Positions 6,132 to 14,737 of a DNA stretch of 36,318 nt are shown in pieces. Both the position numbers and the translations under genes were made by a program. The notes beneath the pieces are model-generated. The model had not been told where the DNA came from and ran no database searches. It worked only from the letters and a program-made list of their open reading frames with translations. This stretch comes from a virus (lineage: Duplodnaviria; Caudoviricetes). Numbering within the stretch: position 1 is the stretch's first letter; the number at the start of each line of letters is the position of its first letter. The stretch spans positions 1-36,318 of the IMG/VR virus record IMGVR_UViG_3300020128_000050, one strand, 5' to 3'.

Positions 6132-6778
6132 GCGGAGAGAGTGTAGCCCAGGACCAGATCAAGGCTTTTGTGGACCGCATCCTCCGCATGAAGGAAGAGC
6201 GCAAGGCCATTGATGCCGATATCCGCGAAATCTACGCGGAAGCCAAGGGTTCGGGCTTTGACAAGACCGTCCTCGGCAAGCTGGTCAACTATGTCGAGAG
6301 GCGCGCAGCCGATGCCAATGCGGTCATGGAGAGCGAAAGCCTCTTTGACCTGTACCTGACCGCTTACGACAGCGCCGTTTCTCGCCCTCACGCGCATGCG
6401 TACGCGAGGGCCAGTTTGGGCATCACCCCAGAACACGACGCCGAAACCGGCGAAATCACCGAACCGCAGTCTGCCCCCCAGGCTGCGCGCGACCTGGCCG
6501 CCCCGCCAAGCCCTCAAGGCCGGGTCGCCCTCCCATCCCAAGCGAAAGCCTCCACGGACGGCGACACGACTGCGCAGGACATTGAGATACCTGCCGACAG
6601 TGTGACGGGAGAGGCCAGTAGGGCGAGCGTCGGCGCCGGTTCCGTCGCATCCATTCAGCCGGAAACGGAAGCACCCTATAAGCCGCGCCCGTTCACCATC
6701 GGTCCGATTGAGCCTCGTGAGGCTGGCGGGCTGAAAGGCTTCGGCTTCACCGTGAATTTTGGTGGAGGGCCAGAATGA
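6128..6778 (+). CDS. GapR-like (DUF2312) DNA-binding domain with a low-complexity C-terminal extension
   Basis: VAQDQIKAFVDRILRMKEERKAIDADIREIYAEAKGSGFDK matches the DUF2312 signature. Confidence 0.88.
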   Translation: MSGESVAQDQIKAFVDRILRMKEERKAIDADIREIYAEAKGSGFDKTVLGKLVNYVERRAADANAVMESESLFDLYLTAYDSAVSRPHAHAYARASLGITPEHDAETGEITEPQSAPQAARDLAAPPSPQGRVALPSQAKASTDGDTTAQDIEIPADSVTGEASRASVGAGSVASIQPETEAPYKPRPFTIGPIEPREAGGLKGFGFTVNFGGGPE

Positions 6779-6888
6779 CCCGCCGCCCCGGCTATTTCGA
6801 TCCCACCCCTGTTCTCCGTGCAATGGTTGCCGGCCTCTCTCTGGTTGCTGCTGCTGGTTATGTCCTGCGTCTGGCGGGGGCATTGTGA
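6775..6888 (+). CDS. 37-aa membrane peptide
   Basis: ATGA overlap with the upstream gene; MTRRPGYFDPTPVLRAMVAGLSLVAAAGYVLRLAGAL. Confidence 0.55.
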   Translation: MTRRPGYFDPTPVLRAMVAGLSLVAAAGYVLRLAGAL

Positions 6889-6986
6889 TGAATCGCGCCC
6901 TGTTCACCGTCACAGTCTCCATGGCGCTGTGGGCGATCATCATCGCGGGTGTCCTGGCTGTCTGGTTTTTGACGGGTGACCTGTGA
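6888..6986 (+). CDS. 32-aa membrane peptide
   Basis: TGATG coupling; MNRALFTVTVSMALWAIIIAGVLAVWFLTGDL. Confidence 0.55.
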   Translation: MNRALFTVTVSMALWAIIIAGVLAVWFLTGDL

Positions 6987-7054
6987 TGCTCGCTGTCTCC
7001 ACCATGATCGTCGGGACAGGGAAGGCTTCCACGGCCAGCCGGGATGCCATTCCG

Positions 7055-7300
7055 TCATCGATCATTATCCACGACGAGTTTCAGCCAGTGCGCGCCATTT
7101 CTGGTTCTGCGTTGCGCGCGCTGCCTCAAACTCGTTTTCAGTTTGCTGGGGCTGACGCTCCCCGGCAAAGGCCGGCGTTCCAGTCCCTCCCCCGGAGCGC
7201 CGGCCACTCCATTCACGCGATCCGCTTGCCGACGGGCTTCGCGCAATCCTTGCCGCACCAGCGTCTCTCTCAGGGTCTTGCTGGGCGGAATTTCCATCAT
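7055..7300 (-). CDS. Antisense basic small protein upstream of the CII-like gene
   Basis: 81-aa ORF with a purine-rich RBS (GAAAGG), ending LKLVVDNDR. Confidence 0.4.
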   Translation of the reverse strand: MMEIPPSKTLRETLVRQGLREARRQADRVNGVAGAPGEGLERRPLPGSVSPSKLKTSLRQRAQRRTRNGAHWLKLVVDNDR

Positions 7301-7359
7301 CGGTGCCTTTCGTCTCTCGTCCTTCCGGTTGGCCTTGACGCTAACGGGAAGGAATTGAC

Positions 7360-7785
7360 GTGCAGGACAACAATCGTTTGCTCGTGGAGCAAAAAGAAAT
7401 GACCGACATGACCGCTGTGGATGAAGCGGCCTCGTGGGCCGATTTGATTGTAAGGCGCGAGCATCGCGGGCCAGGCGACACGCTGGACGCGGCCCGGCAC
7501 CGCGCCGCTCGCAAGCACAAGGTGCCCGAGCAGGCTTTGTGGTCGCTCCGCTACCGCAGGCCCAAAGACCTTGCCGCCAGCATCTACCGCTCGCTCTACC
7601 GCGCCTACGTGGCCGAAACCAAAAGCATGGAGGCCAAGATTGCCGAAAACCTCAAGATCCTTGAGGCGCTTCCACCTGGTCCGGCTCGTGACCGGATGGT
7701 GGATCAACTGGCGCGCTTCCAGGCTGATCGCCCGCACGAAACGCAAACATCGCCGGCGCATCCACGGCGCCGCGCAACAGATTGA
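7360..7785 (+). CDS. CII-like transcriptional regulator
   Basis: Position after cro and before replication; HTH-like segment DTLDAARHRAARKHKVPEQALWSLRYRRPK. Start could be 7399. Confidence 0.65.
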   Translation: MQDNNRLLVEQKEMTDMTAVDEAASWADLIVRREHRGPGDTLDAARHRAARKHKVPEQALWSLRYRRPKDLAASIYRSLYRAYVAETKSMEAKIAENLKILEALPPGPARDRMVDQLARFQADRPHETQTSPAHPRRRATD

Positions 7786-7807
7786 CGCTCAATTGGAGGA
7801 CTAGACT

Positions 7808-8059
7808 ATGGCCGAGAAGCAAATTCTGCTTGTCCACGAAAGCCTCGCCCAATCCATCATGAAAGACCTGATTTCCGGGGTCACTCTGCTGTCGATGGTC
7901 GGCATCGGCGTGTGGATCGACAGCGGTGCCATGCAGTGGGTCGCCGGAATTATCTGGCTTCTTGCGATGGTCGGAAAATCGACCGCCTACGCCAAGAACA
8001 GCGTCTTTTCCTTCGATGATGCGCGGAAACGCCTCGATGAATGGGAGGCGTCGAAATGA
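7808..8059 (+). CDS. Small two-TM membrane protein
   Basis: GGAGG RBS and two hydrophobic segments. Confidence 0.8.
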   Translation: MAEKQILLVHESLAQSIMKDLISGVTLLSMVGIGVWIDSGAMQWVAGIIWLLAMVGKSTAYAKNSVFSFDDARKRLDEWEASK

Positions 8060-8346
8060 CCACGATCGATAATGTTCGCCGCCTCGATGACGCCATGGCC
8101 GAGCGCGGCCAGCCCATCCCGATCAGCACCGCCGAAATGCGGCAGAGCCACGAGGATCACCGCAACGCGGTTCTGGACCGCCTCGCTGTGGTCCGTACCG
8201 GCATCCTCAAGGACGATCAGCAGATTGCAGATTTGCAGGATCACAAGGCGGCACTACTGGCTGAAGCAAAGCAGCTTGAGGCCATCGCTGACGCACAACT
8301 GACCACCATCCACGCCTTCGACCGTATCGGGCAGGGGAGGGTGTGA
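8056..8346 (+). CDS. Hypothetical coiled-coil protein
   Basis: ATGA overlap, GGAGG RBS, heptad-like sequence. Confidence 0.75.
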   Translation: MTTIDNVRRLDDAMAERGQPIPISTAEMRQSHEDHRNAVLDRLAVVRTGILKDDQQIADLQDHKAALLAEAKQLEAIADAQLTTIHAFDRIGQGRV

Positions 8347-8528
8347 CCATGTGGCCCTTCACCCGCAAACCGTCGCCTCGCGTCGTGTTCAGCCGCTCCA
8401 AGGCCGCTGCGCGCAAGCAACTGGCATCCGATCAGGACAAGACCGCGAAGCTAGTAGCAGAGCTATCCGCTTCTGGTCGCTATGTCCCTGAATTCTATCG
8501 CCGTGCTTCTCAGAAGGGGGCGGTGTAG
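8343..8528 (+). CDS. Hypothetical protein (61 aa)
   Basis: GTGA overlap with the upstream stop; GGAGG RBS. Confidence 0.65.
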   Translation: MTMWPFTRKPSPRVVFSRSKAAARKQLASDQDKTAKLVAELSASGRYVPEFYRRASQKGAV

Positions 8529-8530
8529 CC

Positions 8531-9004
8531 ATGAACCAAGACACACTCGATCTTTTTGCAGGCGCAGTCAGAGAGATAGCTGATGGCCCGCGCATCTCGT
8601 CTTTCCAGGGACTGACAGAGAGCCTAATGCGGCGGCTTGCAGAGAAAGGCTTGACGCTGGCTCAGATTTCCGACCGGCGCATGCTCAACCGCTCCATCGG
8701 CACCCTTGAGGCGCATTGTCGGGCGTTCGGCATTCGGTTCCCGGATTATACGCCGAGAAACATGCGAAAGCACGTCATGTTCGTGCCGACTGGCGACTAT
8801 CTTGAGCTAACCGGACCTGAAGTGGATGCGGTTGCTGCAATTCTCGAAATCGTCCCCACGACGCGCAAGTGCATCCTCTCCTGCGCCATCCCGGCGCATG
8901 GTTTTGACGATGCAAAGGCGGCGTTGAGGCTGGCCGGTTACGTGGCCAAGAAGGGCAAAAAACCCAAGCTGAGCAAGGCTGGGAAGGCGGCCGCCCATGG
9001 CTAA
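8531..9004 (+). CDS. Hypothetical protein with an HTH-like segment
   Basis: LMRRLAEKGLTLAQISDRRMLNRSIGTLEAHC; packed within the operon. Confidence 0.7.
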   Translation: MNQDTLDLFAGAVREIADGPRISSFQGLTESLMRRLAEKGLTLAQISDRRMLNRSIGTLEAHCRAFGIRFPDYTPRNMRKHVMFVPTGDYLELTGPEVDAVAAILEIVPTTRKCILSCAIPAHGFDDAKAALRLAGYVAKKGKKPKLSKAGKAAAHG

Positions 9005-9215
9005 AGACCTCACCGCAAAGGACGTTCTCTACGCTCTCGAATATCTGCATGACGCGCTGATCCGCACTCCGATCAGCGACGGCAGGGCTCGGTGGAATTT
9101 GCGTTCCGGCGCCGCGGTCAAGGAGGCCGTGGCAAATGCCGTCCGCGCGTCGGGCTCCATCTCCGCCGTTGAGGACCATGGCCGTCAGATTATCGTCTGG
9201 AGGTCAGCAGCATGA
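8997..9215 (+). CDS. Hypothetical protein (72 aa)
   Basis: Overlap-coupled on both sides. Confidence 0.7.
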   Translation: MAKDLTAKDVLYALEYLHDALIRTPISDGRARWNLRSGAAVKEAVANAVRASGSISAVEDHGRQIIVWRSAA

Positions 9216-9472
9216 CCTCTCTCTCCATACTGGAAGGCCAGAGACAGCCGGCCGGGGTCAAAACCAATGGCATCAAACGGCGCTGCATCTCGCATTTGAA
9301 CATGACTGTATCGCTGGCTGACGCCTGGGGCATTCAGCCGTTGTCGCGCATCCGCATGGCCGGGCCACGAACCGATTTGCCGCCCCCGAAACCAAGGCTT
9401 CCGCTCGTCAAGGTGAAGAAGCCGAGGCTGCCGCCGTTCGCGGGCTATGACCCGACAGAAAGGCCGTGGTGA
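9212..9472 (+). CDS. Hypothetical protein (86 aa)
   Basis: ATGA overlap with a GGAGG RBS. Confidence 0.65.
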   Translation: MTSLSILEGQRQPAGVKTNGIKRRCISHLNMTVSLADAWGIQPLSRIRMAGPRTDLPPPKPRLPLVKVKKPRLPPFAGYDPTERPW

Positions 9473-9723
9473 TGCTTCCCAACGGTCGAGACATCATCAG
9501 AGAAGGCTACCGGCTCGGAGATCCCGTAGCCGAGATAGCGCTCCGTGCTGGCAGCACGCCCGGCAGCGTGAAGGTCATCGCCGGAAAGATGGGCCTTGCT
9601 CACCCATCCGGCGCGCCTGGGCGGTCTCTAACCGGGCAGAAGGCGCGCGACTATCGCCATCTTGTGCACGTCAAAGGGTTCCGTGCTTGGGAGGCGCTGC
9701 GCATCGTCGGGGGTGCGCCGTGA
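9466..9723 (+). CDS. Small HTH-like protein
   Basis: GDPVAEIALRAGSTPGSVKVIAGKMGL; coupled to its neighbours. Confidence 0.7.
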   Translation: MVMLPNGRDIIREGYRLGDPVAEIALRAGSTPGSVKVIAGKMGLAHPSGAPGRSLTGQKARDYRHLVHVKGFRAWEALRIVGGAP

Positions 9724-10595
9724 GTGAAAGCCGCTCATGGTCATGGCGCCACGCGGTGCTCAAGTCAGGCTTGCCGGCCACGACTCGGCATGTCCTGCTG
9801 ACCATTTCCTGCTTCATGAATGATGTTGGTGGCGGTTGCTATCCGACGCAAGAGCAGTTGGCGGAGGCCACTGGGCTGTCTGATCGAGCCGTCCGCGCGC
9901 ACATTGACGCTGCCGTAAAGGCCGGGTGGCTGTCCCGCAAAGAGCACGGATTCCGTGGCCAGAAATGGCGTAACCATGAATACGAGGCGGCATGGCCGGC
10001 GCAAGATGTAGATGGTGATGATCTACATGTAGAAAAAGGTGCGGAACGTGGTTCCGGTCCTATTTCGGAAGGTGCGGAACCTGCTTCCGGTAAGGTGCGG
10101 AACCACGTTCCGCCTATACTTCCAGATCACCATTCCAATCCTTCGCTTCGCTCGGATAGCGCGAGCGAGCGGGTTGATTTTGATTTGGCGTGGGATGCGT
10201 TCCCTCACCGTCCAATGCCGAACCGCACTGCCGCGCAGAAGGCTTGGGCCGCCCTCAGCAACGACGAAACCCATCGCTGCATGACGGCAATCAAGCGTTT
10301 TGCCCGGTGGCACGTCGAGGACAGCGATGCCAGAGGCGTTGACCCGAAGGCGCAGCTCGAATTCCGCCCCGGCATGGGCCGGTGGATTGGCTCGGGAGCT
10401 TGGATCGAGGCGTTGACCGTGCCGCTCAAATCCGACCCGGTTCCGCCAGCGGCCAACGGCCTGGTGGTGCTACCGGCTGACCATCCGGATTTCATCGCCG
10501 TCCAGAAGCTTCGTGGGAAGCCGGTCTATGTCGGTGACAGCGGCAAGGCGACATTCCGCATCGAGGAAATTGAGCAGGCGAGGGCAGCGGCATGA
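9720..10595 (+). CDS. Phage replication initiator (N-terminal winged HTH, lambda O-like organisation)
   Basis: GTG at 9720 overlaps the upstream stop. TRHVLLTIS...CYPTQEQLAEATGLSDRAVRAHIDAAVKAGWL, internal iterons, then FDLAWDAFP. Confidence 0.85.
   Translation: MSESRSWSWRHAVLKSGLPATTRHVLLTISCFMNDVGGGCYPTQEQLAEATGLSDRAVRAHIDAAVKAGWLSRKEHGFRGQKWRNHEYEAAWPAQDVDGDDLHVEKGAERGSGPISEGAEPASGKVRNHVPPILPDHHSNPSLRSDSASERVDFDLAWDAFPHRPMPNRTAAQKAWAALSNDETHRCMTAIKRFARWHVEDSDARGVDPKAQLEFRPGMGRWIGSGAWIEALTVPLKSDPVPPAANGLVVLPADHPDFIAVQKLRGKPVYVGDSGKATFRIEEIEQARAAA
10036..10112. repeat. Iterons (putative replication origin) inside the initiator gene
   Basis: AAGGTGCGGAAC at 10036, 10069 and 10092, each followed by 5 nt and TTCCG to form a CGGAA-N6-TTCCG palindrome. 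Confidence 0.8.
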
Positions 10596-10765
10596 ACGTC
10601 CAGCAACGCCTCGAAGCCCTCCGCGATGAACTGGCCTATCTCGATCCACGAGTGCCAGGCCTTCGCCGCCGCGTTGAACGCATCCAGCGCCAGATCGCCA
10701 TGCTGACGGAAGATCAGCGTGAGCCCCAGCCCATCCCAGAGCCGGTGCGGAGGCCGTATCGATGA
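10592..10765 (+). CDS. 57-aa coiled-coil protein
   Basis: Below the track cutoff; ATGA overlaps at both ends; MNVQQRLEALRDELAYLDPRVPGLRRRVERIQRQIAML... Confidence 0.7.
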   Translation: MNVQQRLEALRDELAYLDPRVPGLRRRVERIQRQIAMLTEDQREPQPIPEPVRRPYR

Positions 10766-10959
10766 TGCCCGCCGTCCTGCGCCAGTCCGGTCCGAAATTC
10801 ATGAAGGACGGTGTTCTGTTCACGCCCCGCGCCATGGTTGCCAGCTGCGAGGTCTGCGGGATGGAGCATGCGCCCTATGGCTTCAGGGATGAACACGGCA
10901 AGCGGCTCTATTTCTGCCCAGAGCATCTGCCCCAGGAAAGCGAAAGGAAGGGGCTATGA
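10762..10959 (+). CDS. Small zinc-finger protein (CxxC...CxxH)
   Basis: CEVCG...APYGF...YFCPEH. Confidence 0.75.
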   Translation: MMPAVLRQSGPKFMKDGVLFTPRAMVASCEVCGMEHAPYGFRDEHGKRLYFCPEHLPQESERKGL

Positions 10960-12323
10960 GCACCGCACTCGCCACACCGCGCACCGTCCTCGATCTCATC
11001 GAAGAATACGAAGAGAAGGTGGCCAATGCTGATTCAGTCGTTGCGGCCTACGAGGCGGCTTGTGGCGCCGTCGAAACCGCCGGAACGGTCATGGGCACCT
11101 ATGCCGAGCCGGTGTTGCGGGGCAGGGCCTATGTCAACGCCAACGACATGCGCAAGAACCTGCTCAAATCAGGCTGGAAGGCGATCTACAACCGCCTGAA
11201 CATCGACATGATCGCCAGCGCCAACGACAAGCGCCTGTTCGAGCGTACGCTGGCCGATCCGCCGCCGCTTACCGCCGAAATCGTCCGCTCGACCTTCGCG
11301 CATTACTACGCCGACCCACGCAAGCACATTCTGCGCGGTCTGGCCGAGGCGTTCGTTGATCTGGACCCGGCATACAAGTCCCACGCCAAGGTCAAGATTG
11401 GCGTCAAGGGCCTGCCCAAGCGTGTCATCTTGCACAATGTCGCCGGCTATGGATCGCCGCACGGCAGTTATGGCCGCGACCGTCTGCGCGACATCCTCAA
11501 TGCGCTCGCCGCCTACCAAGGCAAGCCACTGCTCACGCACAATGAACTGGCCGCCATTCTGGATGATGGCGAGGCGCTGCGCATCGATCAGGAAATACCA
11601 GATCGCAGCCAATCGAAATGGGAGCGTGAGCGCGACCCGAAATTCGTGAAGGTCATCGGCCGCGACGTCTGGCTGAAGCGCTACAGCAACGGCAACGGCC
11701 ATCTCTATTTCGGGCCTGCCGCGCTGCTCGACATCAACCGGGGCCTCGCCGAGTTCTATGGCGACGTGCTGCCGGACGTTGACCCGGAGAACCCCGAGCG
11801 CCAGCCCAGCACCGCCGTGGCGAAAGACCTGCAATTCTACTGGTCGCCGGACAAGGTCATCGCCGCGGCGCTGGAGTTCGCCCGGGTCAACGACATCACC
11901 GAATATCGCCATCGGGTCGAGCCGATGCGCATCCTTGAGCCATCTTGCGGCGACGGGCGCATTCTCGACGCCATCGCCAAATACGGACACCGCGCTTTCG
12001 GCATCGAATACCATGCCGGCCGTGCTGCCGAGGCTCGCGCCAAGGGGCATAGCGTAGCGACGTCGAACTTTCTGGAGGAGCCGCCGCGCGCCGAGTTCGA
12101 CGCCGTAGTGATGAACCCGCCGTTCTATGGCCGGCACTACATCAAGCACGTCCGCCATGCGCTCAAGTTCTTGAAGCCGGGCGGTACGCTGGTCTCAATC
12201 CTGCCGGCGACCGCCCATTACGACCACAAAGAGCTTGAAGGCGAATGGCGCGACCTTCCAGTCGGCAGCTTTTCCGAGGTTGGTACCAATGTCCCGACCG
12301 GCCTCCTTCGCATTACATCCTAA
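10956..12323 (+). CDS. DUF4942-domain N6-adenine DNA methyltransferase (orphan)
   Basis: N-terminal domain with YKSH...LPKRVIL and KRYSNGNGHLYF; SAM motif ILEPSCGDG; catalytic MNPPF; LKPGGTLVSILP. Confidence 0.9.
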   Translation: MSTALATPRTVLDLIEEYEEKVANADSVVAAYEAACGAVETAGTVMGTYAEPVLRGRAYVNANDMRKNLLKSGWKAIYNRLNIDMIASANDKRLFERTLADPPPLTAEIVRSTFAHYYADPRKHILRGLAEAFVDLDPAYKSHAKVKIGVKGLPKRVILHNVAGYGSPHGSYGRDRLRDILNALAAYQGKPLLTHNELAAILDDGEALRIDQEIPDRSQSKWERERDPKFVKVIGRDVWLKRYSNGNGHLYFGPAALLDINRGLAEFYGDVLPDVDPENPERQPSTAVAKDLQFYWSPDKVIAAALEFARVNDITEYRHRVEPMRILEPSCGDGRILDAIAKYGHRAFGIEYHAGRAAEARAKGHSVATSNFLEEPPRAEFDAVVMNPPFYGRHYIKHVRHALKFLKPGGTLVSILPATAHYDHKELEGEWRDLPVGSFSEVGTNVPTGLLRITS

Positions 12324-12344
12324 CCACCAGAGAGACAGAGACAC

Positions 12345-12983
12345 ATGGCAGAAAGAGCGTGGGCTTTTGTCCAGGAGCCGAATGGCCGTCGGAACGGGAT
12401 AAAGATCGAGTGCGCGTCCTGTGAGGCGATATCGTTCTTCGCGCCGAACAGCGGCGGGCGGTTCCCGCCAAAAGCCGCCGAAACCCATTTCCGTCGCGAT
12501 GGCTGGACGGTGGGGAAGGGGCCACGGCGCGACTTCTGCCCCGCCTGCACCGCAAAGGCGGCGCAGCCGCAACACCCTCCCACTGAGAAAAAGGAACAAG
12601 TCATGGCCGCATCGCCATCACAAACGCCGCCAAGAACCATGTCTCGGGATGATCGGCGCCTCATCATAGCCGAGGTCAAAGGCTGCTATGACGAGGAAAA
12701 GAGGCGCTACATGGACGGCTGGCACGATGAGAAAGTGGCCCGGACCCTGGGGGCGCACGTGCCGGTCGCGTGGGTACGGGAGGTGCGGGAAGACTATTTT
12801 GGAGAGGGCGCGTCCAACGAGCAGTTTGACGAGCTTTTGCGCCGGCAGGAGTCCATCCAGACCGATCTATATGAGCTTGAAAAAAATGAGCTCCGACTTT
12901 CCCAAGCTGTAGCCGCTCTGAAAAAGAGCATGGATTCGCTTGCTCCCCTAATTCGCGATGTGAAGCGCGCGGTCGGCAAATAA
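12345..12983 (+). CDS. Hypothetical protein with N-terminal CxxC pairs and a C-terminal coiled coil
   Basis: CASC...DFCPAC; DEKVARTLG...WVREVREDYFG. Confidence 0.8.
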   Translation: MAERAWAFVQEPNGRRNGIKIECASCEAISFFAPNSGGRFPPKAAETHFRRDGWTVGKGPRRDFCPACTAKAAQPQHPPTEKKEQVMAASPSQTPPRTMSRDDRRLIIAEVKGCYDEEKRRYMDGWHDEKVARTLGAHVPVAWVREVREDYFGEGASNEQFDELLRRQESIQTDLYELEKNELRLSQAVAALKKSMDSLAPLIRDVKRAVGK

Positions 12984-13065
12984 GAACGGGCAGCGCCCGA
13001 AGGTGCCGCCCGCCCGTGGAGGTGCATCACGGTATTATCATACCTCATTCGCGGAGAGTGGCAAG

Positions 13066-13632
13066 GTGGCTAGAGCAGGCCGGAAACGGAAAATCGGCGT
13101 GAAGCGGGAGAAGAATGGGCGTGTGCAGCGTCCGGAGGCTCGCCGCCAGAGTGCGGAGCAGGAGGCGATGAGCGTTGCCAGGGGCTACCGCGAGCGCGTC
13201 CATGGCGTGCCGTCAGCGGAAGCTCTCAACCAGATGGCTGGCAGTTTTGTTGGCCGGCTCTGCATGGATAAGGAAATCAGCTTGGCGCAATACGATGCCG
13301 CGATGATCTTTTTGCAGGATCACCGAAACAACGCTATTGCCATCGCTGCGCCGCGCGATCCTGCTGGCATGGATTTCAATCGTGTCCATGGTGGGACGCT
13401 GGACGGCGAGGACGTTGATTTCTACCGCCGGGCCACGACGCGCTGGCGGGAGGCCTGCAAGGCCATCCAAGACCGCCAGAACGAATTGCGGGGGCAGGGC
13501 GCCTTATATGCGGCGCTCGAAGTCTGTGTCCTGCGCGATGTTGAGGCCCATCACATGGTCGGATGGCTTCGGGAAGGGCTCGATGCGCTCTCTCGCCACT
13601 ATGGCATTGTGGATAATGCCCATGCCGCTTGA
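13066..13632 (+). CDS. Probable late-gene regulator (Q-position antiterminator or activator)
   Basis: Last early gene before the late promoter; GTG after GGAGAG; basic N-terminus and LREGLDALSRHYG ending. Confidence 0.6.
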   Translation: MARAGRKRKIGVKREKNGRVQRPEARRQSAEQEAMSVARGYRERVHGVPSAEALNQMAGSFVGRLCMDKEISLAQYDAAMIFLQDHRNNAIAIAAPRDPAGMDFNRVHGGTLDGEDVDFYRRATTRWREACKAIQDRQNELRGQGALYAALEVCVLRDVEAHHMVGWLREGLDALSRHYGIVDNAHAA

Positions 13633-13720
13633 CGAATCTCGCAAATCAGTTCAGGGTCACAAATGCATGGTGACGCTTGTGCGTCAAGAATAGGGCTCGC
13701 TTCGGCGGGCCTTTTTAGTT
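13629..13720 (+). promoter_or_regulatory. pR'-like late promoter followed by a short leader and terminator (13693-13720)
   Basis: TTGACG overlaps the regulator stop; GGCTCGC-TTCG-GCGGGCC-TTTTT lies about 60 nt later. Confidence 0.6.
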
Positions 13721-13894
13721 TGAGGGGGCGCTTCGGTGCCGTCTGTCGGTAACTTGCACTATGCAGGCGATTGGGGGTGGCCACCCGATCGATAAACTCC
13801 GGCAAGTTGCGCAGGCTGGCAGCACTCAGTTTGAGGCTTCGGTTCGGACGCTGCCATGGAATGGCGTCCATCAACGGACCAGATAACGCCTCAA
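13721..13894 (+). ncRNA. Putative structured RNA(s) in the late leader
   Basis: Nested stems TGCC.GTCTG/CAGGC.TGGCA, TAACTTGC/GCAAGTTG, CGATTGGG/CCCGATCG; second domain TTGAGGC/GCCTCAA enclosing GGACGCT/GGCGTCC; flanked by terminators. Confidence 0.5.
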
Positions 13895-13902
13895 TCCTTC
13901 CC

Positions 13903-13930
13903 AGCCCTGCCATATCGGCGGGGCTTTTTC
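13903..13930 (+). terminator. Rho-independent terminator
   Basis: AGCCCTGCC-ATATC-GGCGGGGCT-TTTTC. Confidence 0.8.
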
Positions 13931-13942
13931 ATGGAGACAGAC

Positions 13943-14737
13943 ATGCTTGATATCAGCCTGTCTCTTTGGGGTCGGGGGAGGGTAGGGCACGGCTCGGGTT
14001 TCGATCCCGACGCCGAGTCCCTATTCGCCCGCTTTACCACGCCACCGACATCAGAGCGCAAGACCGCGATCAACAAGGTCATCGTCGCCCTGAAGGCTGC
14101 TTCTGCGTGGGAAAAGCTGGACGTGCTGTATATTCGCGCCGCAGCGGATAGCCAGGCGGCGCGGCTGAACTGGAAGCAGGACCAGTATAATAGCACGGCG
14201 GTTTCTAGCCCCGCGTTCACGGCGGATCGAGGCTTCACGCCGGATGGTGCAGCTTCGTACCTGTCCAGCGGTTTCAACCCGACCGTGGTCACTGACGCAC
14301 TGTTCTCGCAGAACGATGCTCACATGGGAGCGTGGCACCTTACCGACCTGTCGAATGGCGGCTCCACAAGCTACGACCTCGGAAATGGCAATTCCCGCAT
14401 CAGCAATTCCGCATCAGCCAACACAGCGCTGCGCGGCAATATGGATACCACCATCACCCTATCCGGCGACGACTACACCAAGCACAAAGTCTGGACGCGC
14501 GATGGGGCGACCTCCTGGCGCTACTTCAACGATGGCGCGCTGGTGGGTGGCGATCCTCGCACCGATGCCTCTGTGGCTCTCACCAACTTCGAGTTCGGCA
14601 CCGGTCGCGTTTTGTCCAATGGCTTCGGCGTGAACACCGAGGCTATTTCCCATTGGGGCGCATCCCTCACGGCCGGCCAGGTGCTCGCCATGCGCGATGC
14701 ATTTTCCGAGTATCTCCACGCAGTAGGAGCCATCTGA
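13943..14737 (+). CDS. Putative head-spike fibre / virion beta-sandwich protein
   Basis: ATG after GGAG. N-terminal MLDISLSL resembles the alternating hydrophobic N-peptide of RcGTA head-spike fibres; lies near the spike-base gene. Confidence 0.6.
   Translation: MLDISLSLWGRGRVGHGSGFDPDAESLFARFTTPPTSERKTAINKVIVALKAASAWEKLDVLYIRAAADSQAARLNWKQDQYNSTAVSSPAFTADRGFTPDGAASYLSSGFNPTVVTDALFSQNDAHMGAWHLTDLSNGGSTSYDLGNGNSRISNSASANTALRGNMDTTITLSGDDYTKHKVWTRDGATSWRYFNDGALVGGDPRTDASVALTNFEFGTGRVLSNGFGVNTEAISHWGASLTAGQVLAMRDAFSEYLHAVGAI

Noticed and set aside
13721-13894. tRNA gene in the late leader
   Set aside because: No cloverleaf with a TTCRA T-loop and acceptor stem could be built; kept only as a generic structured RNA.
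13856-13942. Longer start for the head-spike fibre ORF
   Set aside because: The extension crosses a terminator, and the ATG at 13943 has a proper GGAG RBS.
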